Shown: piece by piece, positions 27,763-38,063 of the stretch | How positions within the stretch are numbered: position 1 is the stretch's first letter | Layout of the letters: every line of letters starts with the position of its first letter | DNA from: Promethearchaeota archaeon | GTDB lineage: Archaea > Asgardarchaeota > Lokiarchaeia > Sigyniarchaeales > SOKP01 | Assembly: GCA_011364925.1 (NCBI GenBank) | Contig: RDOA01000007.1 | Location: forward strand, 1-64,000 | Reading direction: 5' to 3' | DNA: 64,000 nucleotides | Made by a program: the position numbers and the translations under genes | Notes under the pieces: model-generated | Databases searched by the model: none | Seen by the model: only the letters and a program-made list of their open reading frames with translations | Told to the model about the DNA's origin: nothing

Positions 27763-28374
27763 TTGATTATGGAAAATAATAAAAATATCGAATCAATAGT
27801 AATATCTCCGGCAAGAGATGCTCATTTACGAAAAGGAAAGGGATTTTCGTTATTAGAGATAAAAGAAGCCGGTAAAACTGTAGAACTGCTAAGAAATCTG
27901 AATATGAATATCGATTATCTTAGAAAGTCTAAACATGAAGCAAACATTGAAACCCTTAAAAAACTAAAACCAGAAATAAAGAAAATTAAAAAGAAAAAAC
28001 CATATGAATTCAAAGAAAAGAAAAGAACTCCTTTCATTCCTGAAGAAGAAAAAGTAAAAAAGAAAACTGTTAAAGCTAAGAAAGTCACTCCCGTAGCCAA
28101 AGCTGTTAAAAAAGCACCACCTATAAAGAAAGAAAAAGTCAAAAAAGAACTAAAACCAGAGAAAGAAACTATACCTTCGGCTGAAAAGACAAAATTAACT
28201 ATGCTATCCGGCTTAGGGCCTACAACCGCTAAGAAATTTGAAGAACTTGGCGTAAATAGCGTAGAAGATCTTGTCAATGAAGACCCGGCAGAACTTGCAA
28301 CATTAATTAAAGGAGTATCTGAAGAACGAATAACAAACTGGATCCAAGAGTGCAAAGAAATACTGAATAAATAG
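27763..28374 (+). CDS. rpl13e: Ribosomal protein L13e-like domain fused via a Lys-rich linker to a helix-hairpin-helix domain
   Basis: RKGKGFSLLEIKEAG...IDYLRKSKHEANIETLK (L13e pattern); LSGLGPTTAKKFEELGVNSVEDL...IKGVSEERITNW (HhH pair). Confidence 0.78.
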   Translation: MIMENNKNIESIVISPARDAHLRKGKGFSLLEIKEAGKTVELLRNLNMNIDYLRKSKHEANIETLKKLKPEIKKIKKKKPYEFKEKKRTPFIPEEEKVKKKTVKAKKVTPVAKAVKKAPPIKKEKVKKELKPEKETIPSAEKTKLTMLSGLGPTTAKKFEELGVNSVEDLVNEDPAELATLIKGVSEERITNWIQECKEILNK

Positions 28375-28419
28375 CATCTAAACTTTCATTGAAAAAATTC
28401 ATTAAGTCGTGAGTTAGCA

Positions 28420-28911
28420 ATGGAATACAATTACTACAGTTATGAGAAACCAGAAGCTAAAATAGAGATTCAAAAGTTACCCAAATGGTTCAAAGAGGTC
28501 AAATTTGAGGGCGATCAAAACGAAGGAAATATAACATTTAATTCTCATAACGATTACGACGAGATTTATGGCTCTAACGCCAAAATGGAGATTTCTTGGG
28601 AGAAAAAATTCAAAAATAGTCTGTATTTTGGAAAAGAGGTTCAACACTCAATCGAAGTGTATAATGCTATTGATTTTGCTATAACTCAACGAGAGAATAC
28701 TTGGCTTCTTTCGCACGAATTCGTATCTTGGTTTGGTCAAAGAACTAAGATGATGAGGAAGCGCTTTTATCGAGAGAAATGCATGCATGGTATTTTCTAT
28801 TGTGATATAACTGAGCGATTATTTAACATTCATGTAAATGTGATTGATAAATTTTACGAGAACTTTAAACCTTTTATTGAAAAATCGTTTGCAACGTTCA
28901 TCTGCCATTAA
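28420..28911 (+). CDS. Hypothetical protein
   Basis: 163-aa ORF with ATG, co-oriented with the upstream gene. Confidence 0.7.
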   Translation: MEYNYYSYEKPEAKIEIQKLPKWFKEVKFEGDQNEGNITFNSHNDYDEIYGSNAKMEISWEKKFKNSLYFGKEVQHSIEVYNAIDFAITQRENTWLLSHEFVSWFGQRTKMMRKRFYREKCMHGIFYCDITERLFNIHVNVIDKFYENFKPFIEKSFATFICH

Positions 28912-28922
28912 TATACATCGTT

Positions 28923-29675
28923 CTATTGTCTGTTCTTATTTACTTTTTGAGTTAAAATGAAGAAGTTATCTTTTTTATTAGGGCCTCCTTTCTTTGAGAT
29001 AATCATCAATTTATATGTTTTCAATAAGGTTTTAATTTCTTTTTGAGAAAAGAAGTGATAAAATCGATTGTAGGTTGCTTTTCTACTTGATAAAGTCCAA
29101 GGAATATATTTATCACCATAGTTAGACAAACCTAAGCGCTCTTGTGTTCTGCTATATCGAGGTATAAAGAGTCTTTTAATTTTATCCGCAATAAAATAAT
29201 ATCGATATTTTTTTTGGTAACGTCTCCATACGGTAAGCAGTAAAAATCCGTTCTTTTTCAAAATACTGTAAAGTTGGGAGAGTACATTCCTTCGGTCAAT
29301 TTCATTGTTCAAATGATGGAAAGTAGCAATCGAAAAAGCATTAGTAATAGAAAAGGGTCTTAGGGGTAAGGCATTTATATCACTTAATATCAGGTCAATA
29401 AATTTTGTGTTTACTTTTAGACCTTGATTTTGGTTTTTCAATCTTTCACGCGCAAGGTTTAACAACGCTTTTGATTTATCGATTCCAATTAACCTACTAT
29501 CAGAATGTAGAAATAAATTAAAGTTTCTACCATTTGCGCATCCTAAATCTAAATTAAATCCATGGAATCTGAAATTTCTCCTTTTTAGATCATCAAGAAA
29601 CTCTTCAAGATCTCTCCAATGATACTTTCGCTTACGATGATAATCTACCGCGAAAAAATCGTAGGAATTTTTCAT
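28923..29675 (-). CDS. Class I SAM-dependent methyltransferase, Trm9/ALKBH8-MTase-like
   Basis: LDLGCANGRN, SIATFHHL, LLTVW, YIPW and RFYHFF. Confidence 0.78.
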   Translation of the reverse strand: MKNSYDFFAVDYHRKRKYHWRDLEEFLDDLKRRNFRFHGFNLDLGCANGRNFNLFLHSDSRLIGIDKSKALLNLARERLKNQNQGLKVNTKFIDLILSDINALPLRPFSITNAFSIATFHHLNNEIDRRNVLSQLYSILKKNGFLLLTVWRRYQKKYRYYFIADKIKRLFIPRYSRTQERLGLSNYGDKYIPWTLSSRKATYNRFYHFFSQKEIKTLLKTYKLMIISKKGGPNKKDNFFILTQKVNKNRQ

Positions 29676-29744
29676 TACTTGATTTATGACTGATTTTTTA
29701 ATTATAAAATTTTATTAATAATAATATCACTGAACAAGAATAAT

Positions 29745-31319
29745 ATGGACGACTTAAAAACTCTTATTTTACAACTGGTTGAAGTCTTAGAAGAAGACAT
29801 AAAAAGATTCTATGAAATTTTTGAATCCTACTTGACAGATTTAATTCTATCAAAAAATATTCAACTATCCTTCGTCATTGATCCAAACGCGCAAAAGGAA
29901 ACAATGGATATTATATTATCTATTATCACAGTTTGTAATTCGGCATTGAACACAATAGGCGTTTCTAAAGAAAAATTAACTCCAAATCGTGAGCTTTATC
30001 AAGTCGTGTACGAGCAAAAAGAAGGTGCTTTTAACACCTATCAATCTTTTCTCCAGTTAGGATTAAAAGACTATATTAATAAACACCTTTTTATTGTGAT
30101 TTTAGATTACATAATTGAGAAGAATAGCAAGGTTATCGAAAATTTAGATCTCTTTGATTTATTACCTCATGACCTTCGCAATAATTTAGCTAAATTTCGA
30201 AACGAGAGAGATATCTCACTGAAAATCAAAGAAGAAAAAATTATTTTTGCCAAAGATTTATTAAAATACTTTGATCCATCTAATTTTACATTTAAATCGG
30301 AAGATTTCGGTTTAGAAATTAATCAGAATCCGATATCTGAAGAAGATATTTTAAAACAACTACATGAAGCTCGCCAAGAAAATATAGAAGTTATTAGCAA
30401 AACTTCCAATCAATCGCCTGATGTAAATCAAAGAAAAATACCCTCATTTTTGAATTACTTCATGAAATTTCCCCTCTTAGATCCATCTATTATAGATAAA
30501 ATAAAAATTAACATTAAGGGATTAAAAAAATTTGTCAAGAGTTCTCCGGATTTTTTAGATTTAGAGAATTTGTTTTATGTAGTAAGCATTTTTAAAATGA
30601 TGGGCGAAGATTCACAACTAGAATTAGGGCACATTAAAAATGTCGCAAGTGAATTCATTAGTGGAAATATTTTCAGCACAGGGAGGTATCACAAACCAAA
30701 TCCAATAACAATATATCACGGTCTTTCAGTCTTCTCGGAGTTAGGTTTATTAAATTCCTCAGATCTTATTGATTTATTGGATGTAGAAATGTTCCTTGAA
30801 AACGAACTCAATCCGCTCTTCCCCGAAAAATTGATTCTCAATTTCTTCACAATTTTAAGCTTGAGGATGATAAAAAAGAGTGGCGGAATTATAACAGATA
30901 AAAAACATCTTATTGAGCCTTTAGTAAATCTCAATTTATTCAATTTAGAAAATTTTAAACCATCTACAGACATGTTTTTTTATCTAGCTTCACTTAAACT
31001 TTTAGACGAAAGATTCAATTTCAATAATTTACAGGAACATTATTTAAATGAATTACGAAGACAGATGCTTCCAAATGGATCCGTGAATGATAATACGACA
31101 GATACATCACGAACCTTATTAACATTAGCTCTTCTTGATTCGACAGGTAAAGAAACAGAAATAATTCCCGGTTTGTTAAAATATTTAAACCGAAATATAG
31201 AATTTTTTTCGGAAAACCACGATTTCGATAATTTTAATTGGACTCAGAACAAAATCGCATTTAAAATCGAATTACGCATGTTGTTTTGGATGTTAATAGC
31301 ACTCTCGCAATATTTTTAA
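29745..31319 (+). CDS. Hypothetical all-helical protein; C-terminal half possibly alpha/alpha-toroid
   Basis: 524-aa ORF; QMLPNGSV...DTSRTLLTLALL resembles a prenyltransferase/squalene-cyclase repeat. Confidence 0.6.
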   Translation: MDDLKTLILQLVEVLEEDIKRFYEIFESYLTDLILSKNIQLSFVIDPNAQKETMDIILSIITVCNSALNTIGVSKEKLTPNRELYQVVYEQKEGAFNTYQSFLQLGLKDYINKHLFIVILDYIIEKNSKVIENLDLFDLLPHDLRNNLAKFRNERDISLKIKEEKIIFAKDLLKYFDPSNFTFKSEDFGLEINQNPISEEDILKQLHEARQENIEVISKTSNQSPDVNQRKIPSFLNYFMKFPLLDPSIIDKIKINIKGLKKFVKSSPDFLDLENLFYVVSIFKMMGEDSQLELGHIKNVASEFISGNIFSTGRYHKPNPITIYHGLSVFSELGLLNSSDLIDLLDVEMFLENELNPLFPEKLILNFFTILSLRMIKKSGGIITDKKHLIEPLVNLNLFNLENFKPSTDMFFYLASLKLLDERFNFNNLQEHYLNELRRQMLPNGSVNDNTTDTSRTLLTLALLDSTGKETEIIPGLLKYLNRNIEFFSENHDFDNFNWTQNKIAFKIELRMLFWMLIALSQYF

Positions 31320-31337
31320 AGCATCCTTACGAACATT

Positions 31338-31952
31338 TCATTTTAAATTAAAAATAGTTAAGATAAAATTTTTAACGAAAGGTTTAATTACTCCTTTTTT
31401 GACACTCTCGTTCCATTTATTTATCAAAATTGTGTTATTACTTAAATCATTAATCACAGCTTGACCTAACTTAATCCATTCATTCAGTTTAATTGAGGGT
31501 GAATCATTCCCAATTCCTTGACAATATTCAAGTCCTTTTTTAGTAAAGAATACCTTCAGACTTTGTTTATTTGAATCTTTTTTGTTTACAAATATCTTGA
31601 AAGAAAAGGGAAATGTTCTACAGAAATTAGGTCTCACATTATAAACGGAACATCGTTTCCTTTTATTGTCATAAAAGTAACATAAACCGTCAGATTTCTT
31701 CTTTAATCCAACAAACGCCAACCCTCTTTCTGTTTCTATTGGTGGGATAACCAGTTTCTCTTTTTCTTTAGCTGTGGGCTTCTTGTCAAAAGTATAAAAC
31801 CCTAAAACTTCAATTACTTCATCTTCTGTTAAGTTTAGCCCATCCTTGATCCGAAGAATATCTGTATAAGTAGTATTTACTAGTGTATTTGGGTCGGTAC
31901 AACACTTACCACAGTGTATACATTCAAACCTCAAATCATTTGTGTTACTCAT
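31338..31952 (-). CDS. YkgJ-family cysteine-cluster protein
   Basis: FECIHCGKCC, CYFY, CSVYNVRPNFCRTFPF and CQGIG. Confidence 0.9.
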   Translation of the reverse strand: MSNTNDLRFECIHCGKCCTDPNTLVNTTYTDILRIKDGLNLTEDEVIEVLGFYTFDKKPTAKEKEKLVIPPIETERGLAFVGLKKKSDGLCYFYDNKRKRCSVYNVRPNFCRTFPFSFKIFVNKKDSNKQSLKVFFTKKGLEYCQGIGNDSPSIKLNEWIKLGQAVINDLSNNTILINKWNESVKKGVIKPFVKNFILTIFNLK

Positions 31953-31991
31953 AATTAGATTAAGAAAAAATAGGAAAAAAAAACATATATT

Positions 31992-34900
31992 TTATTTTGT
32001 TGATGGTACAATAACTTTCTTTTTTATTAGGCTTTCGATACCTTCGATTACTATATCTTTATTCTTTTCGTGAATCAGCTCAAAGATGGTCTCTAAGTTA
32101 AATTCTTTCTTGCTTTTCGCAATCGAATAAATGACGTTCAAGATACGAGTCTCCATTGAGTTCAGTTCTCCTTCTTTGCGGACCTTTGCTATATAATCAG
32201 CGCTATTTATCACAAATGGTTCCTTTAAGTAAAGTTCAATGTAATTATTTATAACAGGCGGAAATAGGTCTTCAAATTCGTGAATGGCGCCGTCCCAATT
32301 ACCGATTTGTTCTGATAATTCTAGCATCGCTCCTAAAGATAGATCAGAGATCAAACTCTTCAATCGGTCTGAAGCCCGCTCAGTTAAAATAAAAATTATC
32401 CGTAATTCTTGCCGATCACAGATTAAACAATAGAAATACTTGAAATCGAGCTCTAAGATGGTACGAGTTCCGTCTTCTTCGTCTATATTTACTAAATCGC
32501 CGCTCTCTCCTCTTTTTCCAACCATTTCTTCTCCGACGGTGATGATAGCCTGTATGAATCCCGCAAAAATCTCCTTTTTTTGTTTCTCTAAAATGGAATA
32601 ACTCTTAGTATAAAGTGGAATTCCACTATCCTTATGAATCGCAACAATAGCCTGAATGTTTTCAATATCTTTAAACCTCTGTGTCCTTGATAGCAAATCT
32701 GCTTCTCTCCTTCTCCTTCTTGGTAATATAACATACGATCTAATACTCAAAGCCCCCAAAATAGCTATAACAGATATCGAGATTATTGTAATCAAGATTA
32801 ACAAAAATGGGTTTGCTTCGCTTGGAGGTGGTGGATTTACAATATTAAATTGGTAGATATGACTCTGAGGTTCATATCCAGGAGCTGAAAATTCGAAGAA
32901 AAGTTGATATGTTCCTGTACTATCAAGAAACACTGTATTAATTAGAATACTATAAGTTCCTGGCGTTGTTTCTGTGACGCTATAATACATTGGATTAGAA
33001 ATATTAACTGCTACTGTGGCGTCAGTTATACCCTCCTCACTAATTTTTGAGTAGTAAAAGAATGTGATAGTGCTATTCTGGTTGATGATAATCGAAGAAT
33101 CAGAACCTAATCTTTGTAAAACGGTATCTTCACCTAAATTAATCTCTAAAATTAATGTACTATTCTCAAATCCTATTTTATAAGACGAAATGATAATAGT
33201 ATATAATCCTAAAGAACCCAAATCTGAAGTGTCCAATATTGCGTCGTATATGCCTAATCCAACCTCGACCAGGTACCTTGTACCGCTTGTCCAATTAAAT
33301 GATAAAATTGCATTTGATATTGATTCATTATTCTCTGTATCGCGAAGATATATTCTTAACGGTAAAATGTCACCTACAACACCACCCGTTCGATTGTCTG
33401 ATTTTGCGTCATCTGGACGTAATAATTTAATATAAGAATCATGTCTTATTACAAAATTAGAGTCGATTCCTCCTACAGAAGTGCCGTTTCCCCAAAATAT
33501 TTTAAAATTATATATTCCTCCTGTTGAATTCTGAGCTGCGATATTGAAATTTGAGAATACAACTGTACCATTCGTCATAGGTATTGCGCTATCTTCAAAC
33601 CAAAGGTCCCCCTCTGGACTATATATGGTTAAATTTGCTATAGTTTGTTCGAGTCCTGGTGGTATTTCATTGGTTTTATTAATTTGTGTTTTGATCTGGG
33701 CTATATCACCTGTTTGGAATTCTGAAACCCCCCATTGACCATTCCTTGAAATTTTTACATTTTCTTCTTGGATGAAATTAGGAGATGTAGCTTTGAAAGA
33801 CCACCAACCAGAGTATAGGGCGTTTGTTTTATTGATCTTTAAAAAGGATTCACCAATATTTCCATTCTCAAAAGGACGAGAAAGAAGCGTTGGATCTAAC
33901 GCATATAATATTTGCCAATTCGAAGGTTTGCTTATGATAAACTCAAAATCTGAGTACTGTGAAGGCATAAAGAAGTTATGCGTAAAGTACCAATACACAG
34001 TTCCGTTTTCTAAGATTTCATACGAGGTTCCTTCAAGTAGAGTTTGCCCTATCCGCGAATATGCTTCGTGATATCCATATAAGTAGGTATCTAATTCAAA
34101 CGAAAGCGAAGGTGAACTTGTATTTACCGTAAGAATGACTGGATTAACAGTCCAAGTCCCCGTTAAGTTTAAATCAGAACTACCCCATTCATTTCCCTGA
34201 TTTAAAGAATACCCATCAATGGTAAGATTTATATCACTTTGGCTAGAGTTTGCGAGAGTTGTAAGCTCTAAAGACAAGTTATCAAACCAGAAAATTTGCT
34301 GATGCAGTTCGTCAAATCCAGAATAACTTATTGACGCACCGCTCATTATTCCAAGCGATATTCTGAACTCTTGATCATTCTTAATATCTTCAAAAATGTT
34401 CGAGGTATTTAACCATAAATCTAGATTAATACTCCCAGTACTCAACCATGTTCGTCTTCCCCCATATACTACGATATCACGAATGCCCTTAGAATAAATA
34501 ATTTGATCATTGATAGCACAATACATAAAATTTTCGTTCGTTGACATAGCTGATTCTGCATAATAATCAAAACTTATATATCCATCTATTACTTGACCAC
34601 GTGGGATGGTTATGTTTTGATAAATTTCTGAAAAATCGTTTTCGTAATATGTGGAACCAAAGTATCCAGTTCCAGTTCTATATGGTTCTCCTACTAAACT
34701 AACATACATTGCTGTTTCATTATCTATACTATTCGAACCATAATTATCAACTCCAGTAGCACTATTATTTCCCCAAAGGTCGTAACTATCATAATATTCT
34801 GAACCATCATGAGTATATTCGTAATAATCTATATCATAGCCCCACCATTGAATTGAACCATCTGAATCCATCGTAATTTTTAGATGGTTAGTTTTAATCC

Positions 34901-35567
34901 AGGGACTAAAAAAAGCAGGTTTATTACCGGTATCAGTATATTGTAAAACATTACTCTCGTCGTAAAAACAGACTATATCCCAATCTGTTTCTATCTCAAA
35001 TCTACTAAAATGAACTCGTATTAACGATGCGTTATTTTGAATTATTTCGCTGTGAATGTTTGAGGGATTTGATGGGTCGTGGTTGAGATCTGCAGTGTAG
35101 TTATGTCGAGGCGGAGAAGTGTCTGGTATATTTGATAAAGTTACATAGACTCTGTAAACATCAAGTTCGGAGAAATCTCTGTTTCTTACCCATTCTCTCG
35201 TATCTTGAATATTATTGATCTGAGTTGATATTTTCGATACTTTCCAATCGTGAACATCGTCAAGATAATAATTTAAATTGAGTTCTGCTTGATTATCTAA
35301 TGATACATCTTGACTATCAACATATAGATTTCCATAATCGGTTATATTTAGCGGAACTTCACTACCCTCAAATGCAACAGAATCTGGATCTGATAGTGTT
35401 GGACTTTGAAAGCGGTCAATTAAATCTTTATTTATCGCTTGTAAATTCTTATTCGATTGTGGAACGAAAAAGCTACTTGAAATAATTATTACAAATAGAA
35501 TCATTAGAGATGTAATCCTTAGAATTAAGCTTCTTTTTGTATGTTCGAAGTGTGAAAAAATTTTCAT
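31992..35567 (-). CDS. Large membrane protein: signal/anchor, extracellular CUB-like and Ig-like beta domains, TM, cytosolic longin + winged helix
   Basis: IRVHFSRFEIETDWDIV...LKITMDSDGSIQWWGY (CUB); many N-x-S/T; TM followed by RRRR; IQAIVAIHKDSGIPLY...IFAGFIQAI (longin). Confidence 0.8.
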   Translation of the reverse strand: MKIFSHFEHTKRSLILRITSLMILFVIIISSSFFVPQSNKNLQAINKDLIDRFQSPTLSDPDSVAFEGSEVPLNITDYGNLYVDSQDVSLDNQAELNLNYYLDDVHDWKVSKISTQINNIQDTREWVRNRDFSELDVYRVYVTLSNIPDTSPPRHNYTADLNHDPSNPSNIHSEIIQNNASLIRVHFSRFEIETDWDIVCFYDESNVLQYTDTGNKPAFFSPWIKTNHLKITMDSDGSIQWWGYDIDYYEYTHDGSEYYDSYDLWGNNSATGVDNYGSNSIDNETAMYVSLVGEPYRTGTGYFGSTYYENDFSEIYQNITIPRGQVIDGYISFDYYAESAMSTNENFMYCAINDQIIYSKGIRDIVVYGGRRTWLSTGSINLDLWLNTSNIFEDIKNDQEFRISLGIMSGASISYSGFDELHQQIFWFDNLSLELTTLANSSQSDINLTIDGYSLNQGNEWGSSDLNLTGTWTVNPVILTVNTSSPSLSFELDTYLYGYHEAYSRIGQTLLEGTSYEILENGTVYWYFTHNFFMPSQYSDFEFIISKPSNWQILYALDPTLLSRPFENGNIGESFLKINKTNALYSGWWSFKATSPNFIQEENVKISRNGQWGVSEFQTGDIAQIKTQINKTNEIPPGLEQTIANLTIYSPEGDLWFEDSAIPMTNGTVVFSNFNIAAQNSTGGIYNFKIFWGNGTSVGGIDSNFVIRHDSYIKLLRPDDAKSDNRTGGVVGDILPLRIYLRDTENNESISNAILSFNWTSGTRYLVEVGLGIYDAILDTSDLGSLGLYTIIISSYKIGFENSTLILEINLGEDTVLQRLGSDSSIIINQNSTITFFYYSKISEEGITDATVAVNISNPMYYSVTETTPGTYSILINTVFLDSTGTYQLFFEFSAPGYEPQSHIYQFNIVNPPPPSEANPFLLILITIISISVIAILGALSIRSYVILPRRRRREADLLSRTQRFKDIENIQAIVAIHKDSGIPLYTKSYSILEKQKKEIFAGFIQAIITVGEEMVGKRGESGDLVNIDEEDGTRTILELDFKYFYCLICDRQELRIIFILTERASDRLKSLISDLSLGAMLELSEQIGNWDGAIHEFEDLFPPVINNYIELYLKEPFVINSADYIAKVRKEGELNSMETRILNVIYSIAKSKKEFNLETIFELIHEKNKDIVIEGIESLIKKKVIVPSTK

Positions 35568-35712
35568 AATATCCCCTGTTGTAGATTAGAATAATTATAA
35601 AATGTATAAAAGCTTAAATTAATAAATTTAAGTTTTAAGCTAGACAGAAGACCTATAGTGTTAGTAACTTATATTCAAGTTTACTATGAAAAATAACCAG
35701 CTAATTCTTTAC

Positions 35713-36036
35713 TTAATTAAGGATATCGTTCCTAAACTCTGATTTTAGAATATTTAAAAAGGAAACGCGATCTTCGTTCGTTAAGGCGTTTGGGGTAATC
35801 CCCTTATTATTAAAGCTATCTGGAGGTAAATCGTCAAAAAGTGACAAAATAAGGATAATAGCGTTTTTTACGAACTCCTTTCTTCTGGTTCGTTTTAGGA
35901 CTTTCATTAAATGAATAAACGATTTATTTCTCCACATGGCGGTTGCTTCCCGTTCGGAACTTTGGTTTTGGTAGAACTCAATAATACTCAGATAATAATC
36001 AAGCTCATAGTCTTCGTTGTTATTTGACACTTTCAT
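35713..36036 (-). CDS. Hypothetical protein
   Basis: 107-aa ORF with ATG in an otherwise empty interval. Confidence 0.7.
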   Translation of the reverse strand: MKVSNNNEDYELDYYLSIIEFYQNQSSEREATAMWRNKSFIHLMKVLKRTRRKEFVKNAIILILSLFDDLPPDSFNNKGITPNALTNEDRVSFLNILKSEFRNDILN

Positions 36037-36286
36037 TATTCTTAAACCGTATTCTTAATTATCTAATCTTAGAATTTGCTTTTAAATTAGATGAGAATTT
36101 TAATTTTTTGTTGTATTAATTTGCGCATCTATTTTTATTCAAAACTTCTAATCCAATTGTTTTGAAAATTGTATTCTTCTTAATTCAGTTTAAGAATATA
36201 TAATGGTATTTTATGTTTTTATGTGATATTTAGATAATATATCCATCTAAAGAGCATAAATAAAAATTGACTCTAATTTAGAAAGA

Positions 36287-37288
36287 TTATACATTTTCTA
36301 ATTCTGGAGGAATATACCCAAAGGTTTTTTGAAATCGTGATTTTACACTTTTAATGTCATAAGTTTGTGTCTGAGCGCCATTTGTCTCTACAACAAAGGA
36401 TCCTAAAATGGATCCTAACCGGCATGAGTCAAGAAGATTCATACTAAGAATTAATCCCGTAAGAAGTCCTGCACGATAACCGTCTCCCGCACCTGTAGCA
36501 TCAGCGATGTTATTAGGTATCGCAATAGGTATTACTTCGCTTTTTAAATCTCCAGAATCTGTTTTAGAAATTAATTCAGAGCCTTCTGAGCCTTTTGTTT
36601 TTATTATGGCTTTCACATGCTCAAGAATGTTTTGCTCGCTTAAATTTGTTTTTTTAATTACTTGACTAATTTCAAACGAGTTTCCAATCAAAATTTCTGA
36701 TCTTTTTAGAATATCTATTAGATCTTCTCTTGAAAATAGAGGGCTAACTTGGCCAGGATCAAAGATCATAGGAATTTTCAGGCGACTTAGTTGCTCCGCA
36801 AAATTCTTCATTGCCTCAACACTCTGCGTTGAATTAATCGCATAAGCGTATTGTTCAGGATCGGTAATCTTCTTACCTAAATCAATGTTTTTATTCTCGT
36901 CCAAAGCGCCACCATGAAAGATTATCATTTGGTTTGCTTTATTATCGTTTACTATATAACATGCCGCCGTAAAAAGATCAGACTGGACATCTAGGTTCAA
37001 ATCGATGTTTTGGAATTGTGTTATATGGTCTTTATAACCTAAACTATAGAAGTCTTTTCCTACTGAACCAAGTAAAGCAACCTTTGATATGTTGAGTAAT
37101 CCTAAGTTATACGCTATATTTCCCGCAGTTCCTCCAAAAAATTGGATACGACTATTAGCGGTAATTGTGCTTTGATATTCTTCTCTTTCTACATCTATTG
37201 AAACAGCATTAACAAAATTTTCTTCGAAACTCATGATGTAGTCAAATGCTAATGAACCCAGAACGATAATTTTATCTCGCTTCAACAT
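36287..37288 (-). CDS. PfkB-family carbohydrate/nucleoside kinase
   Basis: GSLAFD, GGTAGNIAY, FDPGQ and DATGAGDGYRAG. Confidence 0.92.
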   Translation of the reverse strand: MLKRDKIIVLGSLAFDYIMSFEENFVNAVSIDVEREEYQSTITANSRIQFFGGTAGNIAYNLGLLNISKVALLGSVGKDFYSLGYKDHITQFQNIDLNLDVQSDLFTAACYIVNDNKANQMIIFHGGALDENKNIDLGKKITDPEQYAYAINSTQSVEAMKNFAEQLSRLKIPMIFDPGQVSPLFSREDLIDILKRSEILIGNSFEISQVIKKTNLSEQNILEHVKAIIKTKGSEGSELISKTDSGDLKSEVIPIAIPNNIADATGAGDGYRAGLLTGLILSMNLLDSCRLGSILGSFVVETNGAQTQTYDIKSVKSRFQKTFGYIPPELENV

Positions 37289-37421
37289 GAAACTTACCTT
37301 ATTATTATTTTAAGAAAGCTATACGAATATAATTCAAAGATCAATTATAGATTTTATGAATATTGAAACTTATCAAATTAAAGAGTATTACTTTTAAAAT
37401 ATCAATAGTTTCTTAAATTGT

Positions 37422-38048
37422 ATGGAAAACCTCATAAAATCGATCGAAACCTTAAAAAAGAGAGAGATATCCACCTTTATAAGTGAACGCATCACACAGT
37501 TTTCCTCAATACCTAGATTGGGAATTAAAGAGATTTTTAAAGAACTGTGCTTTTGCATAATGACTGCTAATTGTGGCGCCAAGAAATGCATAGAGGTCCA
37601 AGAAAAGATTGATGATGGCTTTTTGACATATTCAAAGGATGAGTTGAAAAAAAAATTCAAGGAATATGGCTATCGCTTCCCTAACATTAGAGCGGAGTAT
37701 ATTGATGACGCAAAAAGCAATATTCCAGAGTTAAAGCGCGTTTTAAACTCAAACTTAGAAGAAACAGATAAACGGGATTGGATTGTGAAAAATATCAAAG
37801 GATTGGGCTATAAAGAGGCTAGTCACTTTTTAAGAAACATCGGTTTTAGAAATTTAGCGATCATCGACTTCCATATTATTGATCTATTAGTTAAATCCAA
37901 TATTATTGAAAAACCCAAAAGCCTTACGAGAAATAAATATCTTGAAATTGAATCTATTCTCAAACAATTGGGAACTGAGTTAAATTTAGATCTGGGAACT
38001 TTAGATTTATATATGTGGTATCTAGAAACTAAGGAAGTTCTTAAATAA
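37422..38048 (+). CDS. ogg: 8-oxoguanine DNA glycosylase/AP lyase (archaeal Ogg)
   Basis: ELCFCIMTAN, YRFPNIRAEYI, IKGLGYKEASHFLRNIG, AIIDFHI and LDLYMWY. Confidence 0.93.
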   Translation: MENLIKSIETLKKREISTFISERITQFSSIPRLGIKEIFKELCFCIMTANCGAKKCIEVQEKIDDGFLTYSKDELKKKFKEYGYRFPNIRAEYIDDAKSNIPELKRVLNSNLEETDKRDWIVKNIKGLGYKEASHFLRNIGFRNLAIIDFHIIDLLVKSNIIEKPKSLTRNKYLEIESILKQLGTELNLDLGTLDLYMWYLETKEVLK

Positions 38049-38063
38049 AAGTTGAAATTGTTT

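Noticed and set aside
27915-28355. 146-aa antisense ORF, and other short shadow ORFs such as 7507..7872, 33772..34071, 48198..48497 and 54942..55508
   Set aside because: They overlap well-supported genes on the opposite strand or in another frame and carry no motifs
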